Both the position numbers and the translations under genes were made by a program. From Alphaproteobacteria bacterium (lineage in GTDB: Bacteria > Pseudomonadota > Alphaproteobacteria > SHVV01), in assembly GCA_965261735.1 (NCBI GenBank), contig OZ253470.1, forward strand, positions 2,784,001 to 2,848,000: DNA of 64,000 bases. Direction: 5' to 3'. Position 1 is the stretch's first letter; every line of letters starts with the position of its first letter. Positions 39,219 to 51,595 of the stretch are shown here, piece after piece. A model generated the notes under the pieces. The model was given only the letters and a program-made list of their open reading frames with translations. It was not told the DNA's origin and ran no database searches.

Positions 39219-40423
39219 GGCCCGGCTTGCCCGCTGAGCGTCGCTACTATGAGGCTGCCGAGGTCGGCCATGGCGCGCTCGGCGGCGAGGCGGGCTCGGG
39301 CCTCGATGAGCCAATCGTCGGCCGCCGCGGCGGCCGCGCCCGAGGCCTTCGCGAGTTCGGTGACTTCGGACACCGCGGCGGCGAGATCGCCGTTTGCGAG
39401 CCAAGCCTCCGCGCGGGCGATGCGGGCGTCGATCGCGTCGCCGGCCACGATCCCGGTGCGGCGTACGCTGACCACGGCACCTAGGCGATCGAGCGTATTG
39501 TCGACCCATCCCGAGCCGCCCTCGCCGCGGGCCGCATGAACCAGGGTGCCGGCGATGGCGCCAAAGCGCGCGCGTAGGGCGGCCAGCGTGGGCACGCCGG
39601 CCTCGGCCCGCGGCGCCAGCGTATCGAGGGCCGCGCTCACCCGCTCATCGCCCCGGCCGAGCACCGATACGCTGCGCAACTCGGCGCCATAGGCCGAGCC
39701 CGCGGCCACCGCCTGGCGCAGCTGACCCACGGCGAGCGCCAGCGCGGCGGCGCGCAGTCTCCCCGGCTCGATCTCGGCCTCGAGCACGCCAAGGCGGGTG
39801 TTCGAGGCGTCGAAGAGGACCGTGAGGCGGCCCACCTCGGTCCGTATCGCGACCACCGCTTCGGTCGCCGGGCGCACACCTTCGAGCGCCGTCTCGAGCG
39901 CCCGCAGGCGCACGGCGAACACGGCAACGTCGTTGTTTTCGAGCTCCGCGTCGAGGCGCGCCTCGAAAGAGGCGAGGTGCTCGCCGAGGGCCGCCACTTG
40001 GGCGGCATCGACGGCGACCTCTTCTGCCTGCGCCCGCTCGGTGGCGAGCTCGCCGAGCGCGGCCTCCAGCGCCGCCAGCCGGCGCTCCGTTGCGTCCAGC
40101 GCCTGGCGCCAGGACTCGGCCGCGGCAACCCTCGCCTCGAGCTCTGACATCCGCCGCGCCGATGCCTCCTCGGATGGCGTCGGGCCGGTGGGCACGATCG
40201 CCGCCAGTTGGGGCACGAACGCGGGTGCGAACCAGCCGGCGCCGAAGGCGACGGCGAGGAGGACGAGCGCGGACGCGATGCGCCATCGGGTTGCGGCCGA
40301 CGATGCTGCCGTGGCCCGGCCCGAGCGGGCCCCGCCCTTGGGCCGCGGCGTGCGCGCCCGAGGCGTGCGTTGCCGCCGCGCCGGCGCCGGCGCCGCTTCC
40401 TTGGGCTCGCCTGGCTCGCTCAT
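39215..40423 (-). CDS. COG4223 mitofilin-like (alphaproteobacterial Mic60) protein
   Basis: TM plus long coiled coil, GVPTLAALRARF, VVSVRR, ARAEAWLANGDL, WLIEARARL; between hemD and hemY. Confidence 0.85.
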   Translation of the reverse strand: MSEPGEPKEAAPAPARRQRTPRARTPRPKGGARSGRATAASSAATRWRIASALVLLAVAFGAGWFAPAFVPQLAAIVPTGPTPSEEASARRMSELEARVAAAESWRQALDATERRLAALEAALGELATERAQAEEVAVDAAQVAALGEHLASFEARLDAELENNDVAVFAVRLRALETALEGVRPATEAVVAIRTEVGRLTVLFDASNTRLGVLEAEIEPGRLRAAALALAVGQLRQAVAAGSAYGAELRSVSVLGRGDERVSAALDTLAPRAEAGVPTLAALRARFGAIAGTLVHAARGEGGSGWVDNTLDRLGAVVSVRRTGIVAGDAIDARIARAEAWLANGDLAAAVSEVTELAKASGAAAAAADDWLIEARARLAAERAMADLGSLIVATLSGQAGP

Positions 40424-41139
40424 GGCCCGCCCCGATCGTTGATACCACAGAGCGCGAGCAGCGCCTGCTGTTCGGGCCGCGCAGCTATCGCCACCTTGCG
40501 CCACTCGACGTCGGCGAGCGCCTCCGCTATCGACCTGCTGAGGCACAGGGCATCGAGCCGGCGGCAATGCTCGGCCAAGCCCGCGGCCGCGACGAGACTA
40601 ACAAAGGCCGCCGCGGTACGGGGGGAGAAAAACAGCACCGCATCGAGGCTGCCGGCGCGCAGCGCTTGGGTCGCCACATCGCCCAGCGCGCGCGCGGGCC
40701 GCGCCTCGTAGAGCACGGCGCGCTCGACGCTGAAGCCGGCGGCGGTCAAGTGGCCCGCGAGATCACCGGCGACGTGCGTGCCGGCGACGTGAACGAGGCG
40801 CCCGGCGCGCGCGTCGAGCTCGGCAACGACCCTGGCGGCCAGGTCCTCGACGGTGCCGGCGGCACTGTGGACGGGATGGAAGCCGGCCTCGGCGGCGGCC
40901 TGCGCCGAGGCATCGCCGACCGCGTAGACCGCGAGATCGCGGCGCGCGCCTGCGGCGGCGAGAGAGCGCGCGCCGTTGGCGCTGGTCACTAGCACGGCCT
41001 GGACGCCGTCAAGTTCCGCGCCGGCAGCGTGGAAGTGAATCTCGAGCAGGGGCTCGATGAGTGCCTCGACTCCGGCCGCGGCGAGCCGCCGGGCCAAAGG
41101 CACCGCGTCGGCGAGCGCGCGCGTGACCAGAACCCTCAC
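40420..41139 (-). CDS. hemD: Uroporphyrinogen-III synthase
   Basis: MRVLVTR, VTSANG, AVGDASA, FFSPRTA. Confidence 0.93.
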   Translation of the reverse strand: MRVLVTRALADAVPLARRLAAAGVEALIEPLLEIHFHAAGAELDGVQAVLVTSANGARSLAAAGARRDLAVYAVGDASAQAAAEAGFHPVHSAAGTVEDLAARVVAELDARAGRLVHVAGTHVAGDLAGHLTAAGFSVERAVLYEARPARALGDVATQALRAGSLDAVLFFSPRTAAAFVSLVAAAGLAEHCRRLDALCLSRSIAEALADVEWRKVAIAARPEQQALLALCGINDRGGP

Positions 41140-42086
41140 CAGGGGCGCGCGCCTTCGTCGAAAAAGCCGGGGCCGGCCTTGGCGCGTAGCTCCTCGCCCA
41201 GGGAGTGCCCCAAAGCGGCGGCTTCGCTTCGCTGCGCGCTGCGCTCGGCCTCGTGCAGTACCGCGCCGTCGGGGCGGATGACCCTACCGCGCAACGTGAG
41301 GTAGCCGCCGGCCAAGGTCGCGTGGCCGGCGATCGGCGTACGGCACGACCCGTCGAGGGCCTCGAGCATGCCGCGCTCGGCACTCACGCAGGTCATGGCG
41401 TCCGCGTCGTTCAGCGGTGCCAGGAGGTCGTGGGTTGCGGCGTCATCGGCGCGGCACTCGATGGCGATGGCGCCCTGCGCGACGGCCGGCAGCATTACCT
41501 CCTCGTCCATTACCGCGGTGGCCCTCGCGGCGAGGCCGAGGCGGTTGAGACCGGCGAGCGCGAGCACGATGGCGTCGGCCTCGCCGGCAGCGAGCTTGTC
41601 GAGGCGGGTCTCCACGTTGCCGCGCAGCGGCTTGATCTCGAGGTCGGGCCTCGTGTGCAGGAGCTGCGCCTGGCGCCGTAGCGAGGCCGATCCGACCACC
41701 GAGCCGTCGGGAAGCGCGCCGAGCGTGGCGACCTGCGCACCGATGAAGGCGTCGCGCGCATCCTCGCGCGTGAGCACGCAGGGCACCGCAAGACCGTCGG
41801 GCAGAAGGGTTTCGAGATCCTTCATCGAGTGCACCGCGATATCGATCGCGCTGCTGAGCAGGGCTTCCTCGATCTCCTTGGAGAACAAGCCCTTGCCGCC
41901 GGCGTCGGCCAACGGGCGATCCTGGATCCGGTCGCCGCTGGTGCGGATGGTGACGATCTCTACCGCCGCATCGTCGAGATCGGCGTGGGCGGCAAGGAGG
42001 CGGGCGCGCACCTCGTTGGCCTGCACGAGCGCGAGCCGGCTGCCGCGGGTACCGAGGCGGACGCGGGCGCGAGGTTGCGGGGTCAT
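41136..42086 (-). CDS. hemC: Hydroxymethylbilane synthase
   Basis: [42 protein letters not shown]. Confidence 0.97.
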   Translation of the reverse strand: MTPQPRARVRLGTRGSRLALVQANEVRARLLAAHADLDDAAVEIVTIRTSGDRIQDRPLADAGGKGLFSKEIEEALLSSAIDIAVHSMKDLETLLPDGLAVPCVLTREDARDAFIGAQVATLGALPDGSVVGSASLRRQAQLLHTRPDLEIKPLRGNVETRLDKLAAGEADAIVLALAGLNRLGLAARATAVMDEEVMLPAVAQGAIAIECRADDAATHDLLAPLNDADAMTCVSAERGMLEALDGSCRTPIAGHATLAGGYLTLRGRVIRPDGAVLHEAERSAQRSEAAALGHSLGEELRAKAGPGFFDEGARPW

Positions 42087-42176
42087 GACGGCAATGCTAA
42101 GGGCATGGTCGGCGCGCACGGCATTAATAGCGGAATTGTCCGCCGAAAGCGTCAATTTGCGCGGGCCCCGACCCCG

Positions 42177-43226
42177 ATGCTTGTCCTCGGTATCGAAACC
42201 AGCTGCGACGAGACGGCCGCCGCCGTGGTCGATGAGGCGCGCACCGTGCACGGCGAGGCCATCGCCTCGCAGATCGCCGAGCACGGGCCTTACGGCGGCG
42301 TCGTGCCGGAGATCGCGGCGCGCGCCCACGTCGAGCATCTCGACGGACTGGTGCGCGGGGTCATGAGCCAGGCCGGGATCGGCTTCGATCGCCTCGACGC
42401 CGTCGCCGCCACCGCAGGACCGGGGCTCATCGGCGGCCTCCTGGTTGGCCTGGTCACGGCCAAGGCGATCGCGGCGGCGCGCTCCATTCCGCTGATCGCC
42501 GTCAACCACCTCGAAGCGCACGCGCTGTCGGTGCGGCTCGTGGACGAGGCCCCGTTCCCCTACCTCGCACTCCTCATCTCCGGGGGCCATTGCCAGCTCG
42601 TCAGCGTCGACGGGGTTGGCGCCTATCACCGGCTCGGTACCACGCTCGACGACGCCGTCGGCGAGGCCTTCGACAAGAGCGCGAAGATGCTGGGCCTCGG
42701 CTACCCCGGCGGGCCGGCGCTGGAGCGGGCCGCACAGGGTGGCGACGGCGCCCGCTTTGCGCTGCCGCGACCGATGCGCGGCCGCCAGGGCTGCGACTTC
42801 TCGTTCGCCGGCCTCAAGACCGCCGTGCGCCATGCCATCGCGGCGCTACCCAGTGAGCCCGCGCCACGCGACGTGGCCGACCTCGCCGCCTCCTTCCAGA
42901 CCGCGGTCGGCGATGTGCTGTGCGACCGCGCCGCCAACGCGTTCGCCCTGTATCGCGCGGCGCACGGCGGCGTGGATGCCGACGAGCTCTTCGTCGTCGC
43001 CGGCGGCGTCGCCGCCAACGCCTACTTGCGAACCCGCATCAAAGCGCTCGTGGCCGAGCACGGGTTCCGGCTCGCGGTGCCGCCCGCGGCGCTGTGTACC
43101 GACAACGCCGCCATGGTCGCGTGGGCCGGGGTCGAGCGATTCGCGCACGGCCTCACCGATCCCCTCGACGTGCCCGCGCGGGCGCGCTGGCCGCTCGGCG
43201 CAGGCGGCGCCCCCCCGACACCTTGA
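42177..43226 (+). CDS. tsaD: tRNA t6A37 threonylcarbamoyltransferase
   Basis: [50 protein letters not shown]. Confidence 0.97.
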   Translation: MLVLGIETSCDETAAAVVDEARTVHGEAIASQIAEHGPYGGVVPEIAARAHVEHLDGLVRGVMSQAGIGFDRLDAVAATAGPGLIGGLLVGLVTAKAIAAARSIPLIAVNHLEAHALSVRLVDEAPFPYLALLISGGHCQLVSVDGVGAYHRLGTTLDDAVGEAFDKSAKMLGLGYPGGPALERAAQGGDGARFALPRPMRGRQGCDFSFAGLKTAVRHAIAALPSEPAPRDVADLAASFQTAVGDVLCDRAANAFALYRAAHGGVDADELFVVAGGVAANAYLRTRIKALVAEHGFRLAVPPAALCTDNAAMVAWAGVERFAHGLTDPLDVPARARWPLGAGGAPPTP

Positions 43227-43235
43227 CCGCGCGCC

Positions 43236-44147
43236 TCAGCGGGCGCTCAGGAGGTCGCTAACGAAACCGCGGTGAAAGGCCGCGTAGCCCGGGGTTACGA
43301 CCGCGAGGTATGCGCGCAGATCGCGGTGCAGGGCCGGCAATGCGTGGAAGGGGACGGAGGGAAAGCTGTGATGCTCGGCGTGGTAGGACATGTTCCAGCC
43401 GAGGAGGCGCACGAGCGGGTGCGTGAGCGTGGTGCGGCTGTTGGCGAGCATGTCGGGGCCTTGCGCACAGCCGCTGTGCTCGGCGAGGAGGAAGGCACGC
43501 AAGAAGGGCTGGCCGGCGAGCGCGGGCACGATCCAGTAGAGAAGCACCTCGGGCCACCAGCCGCCGACAACTGCCCACGCACCGAGCACGGCATAACCCA
43601 CACACAAGGCGCGCGCCTCGGCGACAACGCGCGGCGCGGCGCGGGCCGGCACGAACGGGTGCGCGACGCGACCCCGGGTCTGGTGCCAGGTCGTGACGAG
43701 GCGCTCGCCCCACAGCGGCAAGCCGGTGAGGTGAAGGAGATAGGCGGCCAACGTCGCCGGCTTCGGCGCGGCGAGTTCGGGATCGCGGGCACCGTCCTGG
43801 GTGTGCCGGTGGTGATCGAAATGGAAGTGGCGGAAATAGGTTGGAGGCAGCACCACCAGCGCGCCCACGGCCCAAGCCACGGCGTGGTTGAACCAGCGGC
43901 TGCGAAAGGCGGTCATGTGGATCGACTCGTGCAGCCCCGCGAACAGGAACATCAGCACCGCCCCATAGGCCACGACCGCCGGAGCCACCCACACGGTACC
44001 GCGCGCCGCCGCCAGCAGCGCTGCCGTCGCCGCCAGCAGCGCAAGGTGCCGGCCGAGCCGCGCCAGCCCCCTCGCGTCCGAGCGCACGCCGAGTTCAGCC
44101 AAGCGCTCGCGCGCCACGAGATCGCCGCGCCCCGGCAAGTCGTCCAT
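43236..44147 (-). CDS. Fatty acid desaturase family protein (MocD-like)
   Basis: His boxes HESIH, HFDHH, AEH, YHAEHH. Confidence 0.88.
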   Translation of the reverse strand: MDDLPGRGDLVARERLAELGVRSDARGLARLGRHLALLAATAALLAAARGTVWVAPAVVAYGAVLMFLFAGLHESIHMTAFRSRWFNHAVAWAVGALVVLPPTYFRHFHFDHHRHTQDGARDPELAAPKPATLAAYLLHLTGLPLWGERLVTTWHQTRGRVAHPFVPARAAPRVVAEARALCVGYAVLGAWAVVGGWWPEVLLYWIVPALAGQPFLRAFLLAEHSGCAQGPDMLANSRTTLTHPLVRLLGWNMSYHAEHHSFPSVPFHALPALHRDLRAYLAVVTPGYAAFHRGFVSDLLSAR

Positions 44148-44218
44148 GGCGCGATTATACGCCACCCCGGCAGCCGGGTTGCCAGCATCGCGCGGCGCGG
44201 TCATAAGGGATGGCTGTT

Positions 44219-45220
44219 ATGGCGAAGATTGGCATCATCGGCGGCGGCGCGTGGGGGACGGCGCTTGCCGTCGTCGCGCGGGGCAACGGCCACGTGGTGA
44301 CGCTGTGGGCGCGCGAGCCCGAGGTCGTGGCGGCCATCAATGGCGGCCACGAGAACGCGACCTTCCTGCCCGGCGTGGCGCTCGACCCGGCCATTCGCGC
44401 GACCGAGGCGCTCGCCGAGGCGAGCGAGGCCGACGCGGTGCTGCTCGCGGTGCCGGCGCAACATGTACGCGCCGTGCTCGCGCGCCTGGCGCCGGACTTG
44501 CCGGCCGGGCGCCCTGTCGTTATCTGCGCCAAGGGCATCGAGAGCGACACGGGCGCGCTCATGAGCGAGGTCGTGCACGCCGTGATGCCGGCGGCACCGC
44601 TCGCGGTCATCTCGGGGCCGACCTTCGCGGCCGAGGTCGCGCGCGGGCTGCCGACGGCGGTGACGCTCGCGTGTGCGGATACGGCGCTCGGCCCGGATCT
44701 GGTGCGCCTGCTGGGGGGGCGCACGCTGCGCCCCTACCTGAGCGGCGACGTCATCGGCGCGCAGGTCGGCGGCGCCGTCAAGAACGTGCTCGCCATCGCC
44801 TGCGGCATCGTCGCCGGCCGCGCGCTCGGCGACAACGCGCGCGCGGCGTTGCTAACCCGCGGGCTGGCCGAGATCCTGAGGCTCGGGGTCGCGCTCGGCG
44901 CGCGGGCCGAGACGCTGATGGGGCTCTCCGGGCTCGGCGATTTGGTGCTCACCTGCACGAGCCGGCAGTCGCGCAACCTCTCGCTCGGCGTCGCCCTCGC
45001 CGAGGGCGCGCGGCTTGGCGATTATCTGGCGCAGCGCAAGTCGGTGGCCGAGGGCGCCTACACGGCCGCGGCCGTCGTTGCGCTCGCGCGCCGGCACGCG
45101 ATCGACATGCCGATCGTCGCGGCGGTCGAGGCGATTCTGCACCGCGGCGCCGCGATCGAGACCACCATCGGCGACCTGCTGGCGCGCCCCTTCAAGACGG
45201 AGGTGGACGCGCCCGGCTAG
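44219..45220 (+). CDS. gpsA: NAD(P)H-dependent glycerol-3-phosphate dehydrogenase
   Basis: GGGAWGTALA, AKGIE, SGPTFA, GGAVKNV, GLGDLVLTC..SRN. Confidence 0.97.
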   Translation: MAKIGIIGGGAWGTALAVVARGNGHVVTLWAREPEVVAAINGGHENATFLPGVALDPAIRATEALAEASEADAVLLAVPAQHVRAVLARLAPDLPAGRPVVICAKGIESDTGALMSEVVHAVMPAAPLAVISGPTFAAEVARGLPTAVTLACADTALGPDLVRLLGGRTLRPYLSGDVIGAQVGGAVKNVLAIACGIVAGRALGDNARAALLTRGLAEILRLGVALGARAETLMGLSGLGDLVLTCTSRQSRNLSLGVALAEGARLGDYLAQRKSVAEGAYTAAAVVALARRHAIDMPIVAAVEAILHRGAAIETTIGDLLARPFKTEVDAPG

Positions 45221-45289
45221 GGCTTGCAGTTTATTTGCGGCGCCCCATCCGATATGGTGCGCCCGCACCAAAAGCCGGAGGCACGCCTC

Positions 45290-45586
45290 GTGTACTTCAT
45301 CATCGTCAACACCGACAAGCCGGGGCAGAACGCACTGCGCTTGGCGACGCGGCCGGCCCAGCACGCGTATCTCGACGGCTTCGCCGAGCGCATCCCCTTC
45401 GCCGGGCCGACGGTGACCGAGGACGGCGGCCAGTCGACGGGCAACCTGATCGTGTTTGAGGCCGATAGCTACGCCGAGGCCGAGGCTTTCGCCCGCGGCG
45501 ATCCCTACGTCCAGGCCGGCCTGTTCGATACCACCTGTATCCGGCCCTGGAAGTGCACTTTCGGCACGTTGATGGAACAAACCTGA
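45290..45586 (+). CDS. YciI family protein
   Basis: DKPG...R..HAYL, AGP, DPYVQAGLF. Confidence 0.85.
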   Translation: MYFIIVNTDKPGQNALRLATRPAQHAYLDGFAERIPFAGPTVTEDGGQSTGNLIVFEADSYAEAEAFARGDPYVQAGLFDTTCIRPWKCTFGTLMEQT

Positions 45587-45999
45587 TGCCACACTGGTTG
45601 ATGAAGAGCGAGCCCGGCACCTGGTCATGGGACGATCACGTCAAGGCCGGCACCGCCGAGTGGGACGGCGTGCGCAACTTCCAGGCGGCGGCCAACCTCA
45701 AGGCGATGAAGCGGAGTGACCGCTGCTTCTTCTATCACTCGGGCGCGACCAAGGAGATCGTCGGCATCGTCGAGGTCGCGAAGGAGTATTACCCCGACCC
45801 GAGCGATGCGTCGGGGCGCTTCGGCATGGTCGACGTCAAGGCGCTGGCGCCGCTCGGCACGCCCGTCTCGCTCGCCGCGATCAAGGCCGAGCCGCGCCTC
45901 GCCGAGCTCGCGCTGGTGCGCCACTCGCGGCTATCGGTGATGCCCATCGACGATGCATCGTGGAAGCTGATTTGCGAGATGGGCGAGACCAAGCCGTGA
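45586..45999 (+). CDS. EVE domain protein
   Basis: WLMKSEP, WDGVRNFQA, FFYHS, SRLSV. Confidence 0.93.
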   Translation: MPHWLMKSEPGTWSWDDHVKAGTAEWDGVRNFQAAANLKAMKRSDRCFFYHSGATKEIVGIVEVAKEYYPDPSDASGRFGMVDVKALAPLGTPVSLAAIKAEPRLAELALVRHSRLSVMPIDDASWKLICEMGETKP

Positions 46000-46394
46000 G
46001 CGACACTGCGCCGGAGGCGCCAGCGCCGCCCGCGCCCGTGCCGCCGAGCCCGCCACAGGCCGGCGTCGAGCTGTGCCGGGCGGCCGACATCGCGGACGGC
46101 GGCACCCGCGCCTTCGAGTTCGGCGAGCCCGGGCGGCGCTTCAAGATGTTCGTTGTGCGCCGCGCCGATCGGCTTTACGCCTATGCCAACGACTGCCCCC
46201 ACATTCGCGGGGCGCTCGATTGGCCGCCGGGCGACTTTCTCACTCCCGACGGCAGCCTGATCGTGTGCGCCATGCACGGCGCGTTGTTCGAGATCGAGGA
46301 CGGCTATTGCATCGCCGGCCCGTGCCACCGGGACTCGCTGACGGCGGTCCCGGTTCGGGTGGTCGACGGCATGGTGGTCGTCGCCGGCGGCTAG
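45996..46394 (+). CDS. Rieske [2Fe-2S] ferredoxin, copy 1
   Basis: NDCPH...CAMHGALF...GPC. Confidence 0.9.
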   Translation: MSDTAPEAPAPPAPVPPSPPQAGVELCRAADIADGGTRAFEFGEPGRRFKMFVVRRADRLYAYANDCPHIRGALDWPPGDFLTPDGSLIVCAMHGALFEIEDGYCIAGPCHRDSLTAVPVRVVDGMVVVAGG

Positions 46395-46401
46395 GCACCC
46401 C

Positions 46402-46788
46402 ATGTTCCCGCCCTCGGCGCCGGCGCCCGGCACGCGACTGTGCCGCCTCGAGGACATCGCCGACGGCGGCACGCGCGACTTCTCATTCGGCGAGGGCCAC
46501 GAGGCCTTCCCCCTGTTCATCGTGCGCCGCGGTGGCGCGGTCTACGGCTACGTCAACGTCTGCCCTCATCGCTGGCTGCCGCTCGACTGGAAGCCGGGCG
46601 AGTTCCTGACCCACGACGGTAAGTACATCTTCTGCGCCAACCACGCCGCCATCTTCCGCATCGAGGACGGCCAGTGCGTCGGCGGCCCGTGCGCGGGCGC
46701 GCGGCTGATGCCGGTTAATCTCCGCATCGGCGACGGCGAAGTGGCGATGGGCCCGTGGCCTACCAAGCCGCCGCAACCGCTGCCCTAG
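46402..46788 (+). CDS. Rieske [2Fe-2S] ferredoxin, copy 2
   Basis: NVCPH...CANHAAIF...GGPC. Confidence 0.9.
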   Translation: MFPPSAPAPGTRLCRLEDIADGGTRDFSFGEGHEAFPLFIVRRGGAVYGYVNVCPHRWLPLDWKPGEFLTHDGKYIFCANHAAIFRIEDGQCVGGPCAGARLMPVNLRIGDGEVAMGPWPTKPPQPLP

Positions 46789-46801
46789 CGCGGCGCTTGC
46801 C

Positions 46802-47671
46802 TTAGCTCGCGTCCTTGGCGCAGCGGAAGCCGATGTGGCGGTGGCCGCGCCGCGGGTTGCGCGAGAACCCGTCTCGGAAATAGGCGGTGAGCTTATCGGC
46901 GGCGACGTCGAAGACGTGGTCGCCGCCGCGCGTCACCCGCTCGCCGCGGGCCCTCGGGTCCTCGCGCCCGTCGCCCGCTTCGTAGGGGTAGGGCCGAAAC
47001 AGGCTCGCCGTCCATTCGGCGAGGTTGCCCGCGAGATCGTGGATGCCTTGGGGGGTCGCGCCGTTCGGGTGGCTGCCCACCGCATCGGTCTCACCGCTCG
47101 CGCGGCCGAACACCGCGAGCACGGGCGTCGGCGCGGACTCGCCCCAAGGGTGGGTGCGCCCCACCGTGCCGCGGGCAGCCGCCTCCCATTCCGCCTCGGT
47201 CGGCAGCCGGGCACCGCGCCAGCCGCAATAGGCGGCGGCGCCGATCCATGTCGTCTCAGGCACCGGGCGGCTCTCGAACGCAGGCCGGCTCGCGAAGCGG
47301 CCCCCGACAATGCCGATGCGGGCATCCGAATCGTCGAGCTCGATGAAGGCGTTGTCGTTGCCCGGGCCACCCCACACGCGGTCGGCGTCGGGCCCGGCCA
47401 CGTCGTCGGGCCGCAGCGCGCCCGCGGCCACGTCGCGCACGGCCCTGATGTCGAGCGTGTTGAGGAAAGCCGCGAACTGGCCGTTCGTCACCTCGAAGAC
47501 GTCGATCTGAAAGGGCTCGAGCGTCACGGTGTGCGCGGGCCTGGCGCTTTCGGCGCCGGCCACCGAGCCCATCGCGTAGGTGCCGCCCTCGATCGTGACC
47601 ATGTAGGCGACCTGCGCCGACGAACCATGCGCGCAGAGGCACGCCACCGCGGCGGTTGCCAGTGCTGTCAC
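46802..47671 (-). CDS. Secreted formylglycine-generating-enzyme (SUMF1) family protein
   Basis: Signal peptide; GGTYAMG, EVTNGQF, RLPTEAEWEAAARG, DLAGNLAEW, IGFRC; start approximate. Confidence 0.88.
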   Translation of the reverse strand: MTALATAAVACLCAHGSSAQVAYMVTIEGGTYAMGSVAGAESARPAHTVTLEPFQIDVFEVTNGQFAAFLNTLDIRAVRDVAAGALRPDDVAGPDADRVWGGPGNDNAFIELDDSDARIGIVGGRFASRPAFESRPVPETTWIGAAAYCGWRGARLPTEAEWEAAARGTVGRTHPWGESAPTPVLAVFGRASGETDAVGSHPNGATPQGIHDLAGNLAEWTASLFRPYPYEAGDGREDPRARGERVTRGGDHVFDVAADKLTAYFRDGFSRNPRRGHRHIGFRCAKDAS

Positions 47672-47863
47672 TCTCGTTACCAACCCCGGGTCGCCTCGTA
47701 CTTTTCGCCATCCGACGCGCCAAGCTTGCCATAGGCGCGCGCGTACATACAGGGGCGACGGTGCCGGCCCGCGCGGGCCTTGCCGTCGCGCGGGGATTGA
47801 ATCAATAATCGACGCAACCGCGCCGGCCGCGCAGGCGGCGCGCCGGAGACTGGGGAGGTGGTG

Positions 47864-49966
<2,103 letters not shown>

Positions 49967-50004
49967 GGCAAGGCGCCGCGCGCCCTCCCGAAAGGAGCAG
50001 TGCA

Positions 50005-50333
50005 ATGAGGCAAGTGCCTCTAACCATAGCAATCCTACTCGCCGGCATGGGCGCGGCGGCGCCCGTGCTCGCGCAGCCGAGAGGCGACGAGTACTGGCCG
50101 CACATGATGTGGGGAGGCGGCTGGATGCTCTTCGGGCCCTTGTTCATGATCTTCGTCATCGCTGCCGTCGTCGTCGGGGTCGTGCTCCTCGTGCGCTGGC
50201 TGGGGGGGGCCGGGCCAGGGCGGGCTGCCAACACAGGCGCCGCGTAAGTCGCCGCTCGATATCCTCAAGGAGCGGTTCGCGCGCGGCGAAATCGACAAGG
50301 AGGAGTTCGAGGAGCGGCGTCCTCGAAGAGTAG
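50005..50333 (+). pseudogene. SHOCT-domain membrane protein, frameshifted
   Basis: Signal/TM N-terminus; PLDILKERFARGEIDKEEFEERR out of frame; G8 run at 50202-50209 (G7 restores frame) and a second shift near 50318. Confidence 0.75.
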
Positions 50334-50352
50334 GCCTCGGAACGGTCGCCGG

Positions 50353-51432
50353 TTAGCCGAGAACAGACGCGAGCGCCGCGCGGGCGGCTTCCGGCGGTAG
50401 GTGGTGGGCGGCAAGATTCGGAGCAACCACCTCGAGCACGCGCTCGACGTCGCCAATTTCCTTGAAGCGCTTGAGCTTGTCTTCATGGGGAAAGCCGAGG
50501 GCATCGCCGACGATCGTGTAGACGCTCTTGACCTCGACGCCCCTGCGGTGCTCCTCGCCGCAGAGCTCGCGCTGGCACGAATGGTACAGGGTGGCGACGA
50601 TGTCGCAGGCGGCGCCGGTCGCGGCCGCGAAGAGCTCATCGATAATCTCGGCATGGCGATCGGGCGTCGCATTGGTCATCGCCCGTGCCGTGCAATAGGC
50701 GCCGAGCTCGCGGTATTGCGGCAAATTAACCACCTCAACCCCCGGTATCGCGCGCAGGATGTCGGTGCAGACCTCGCCGTGGCGATCCTGGTGGTGCGAC
50801 GAGCCGGCGTGGCGGTGCAGGCCGATGCGCTTGGCAAAGTTGCCGCGGATCGGGAGATCGGCAAGGCGCGCGTGCAGGAACTCATAGAACTGCACCATCT
50901 CGAAGGGGACCTCGGTCGTCTTCGAGACCACGTTCTCGTACTGGTAGTTGCAGTTGGGGCAGATGGTCACCACGTTGTGGGGCCGGAAGCGCGCGATCTT
51001 GGCGGTCGAGGAATCCGACAGCTTTTCGGAGACGTCGTAGTCCTCACCCAGATGATGGACGATGCCGCAGCAGTTGGCGGGCCCGCCGAGGGTAACGAAA
51101 TCGACCCCCATGGCGTTCAATGTGTCGACGACCGAGAGGATGAGGTGGGGGGTCTTGAGCGCATTGCAGCCGAGAAAGAGGACCGTGTCGCGCGGCTCCG
51201 GCTCGGCCGGCACCTGGGTCAGCCAGGGAATCTCGTCCGGCATCATTTGCAGGGCCGCCAGCACGTTGGCCTGGTCGAAGTAGCTCTTGTAGGAGAACGC
51301 CGGGCTCGCGAACGCCGAGCGCATGCCCTTCCAGTCCGAGCCCTCATAAAACGCGTGGCGGGCGTCCTCGGCGCAGGGCGCTTGGTTCTCGGATACAGTG
51401 GCGTTCGCCGTTCCGGTGGGGTCGCTCGACAT
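50353..51432 (-). CDS. CCG-domain (Fe-S)-binding protein, heterodisulfide reductase-related
   Basis: LFLGC, NCCG, TICPNC, LYHSC. Confidence 0.82.
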   Translation of the reverse strand: MSSDPTGTANATVSENQAPCAEDARHAFYEGSDWKGMRSAFASPAFSYKSYFDQANVLAALQMMPDEIPWLTQVPAEPEPRDTVLFLGCNALKTPHLILSVVDTLNAMGVDFVTLGGPANCCGIVHHLGEDYDVSEKLSDSSTAKIARFRPHNVVTICPNCNYQYENVVSKTTEVPFEMVQFYEFLHARLADLPIRGNFAKRIGLHRHAGSSHHQDRHGEVCTDILRAIPGVEVVNLPQYRELGAYCTARAMTNATPDRHAEIIDELFAAATGAACDIVATLYHSCQRELCGEEHRRGVEVKSVYTIVGDALGFPHEDKLKRFKEIGDVERVLEVVAPNLAAHHLPPEAARAALASVLG

Positions 51433-51595
51433 CGCCTCTCCTCGACCGACTTCGCCCGTCTGGTCAATACGGGGCCGCGAGTATAGCTCGCTTTGGCACC
51501 GCCGCGAGGGGCGACGATACACGGCCCGCCTCGCCGCCGGCGGCCGGCTTACCGTCGGTGGTCGCGGGCCATGCGGCGGGGTATCGTGCGCGTCC

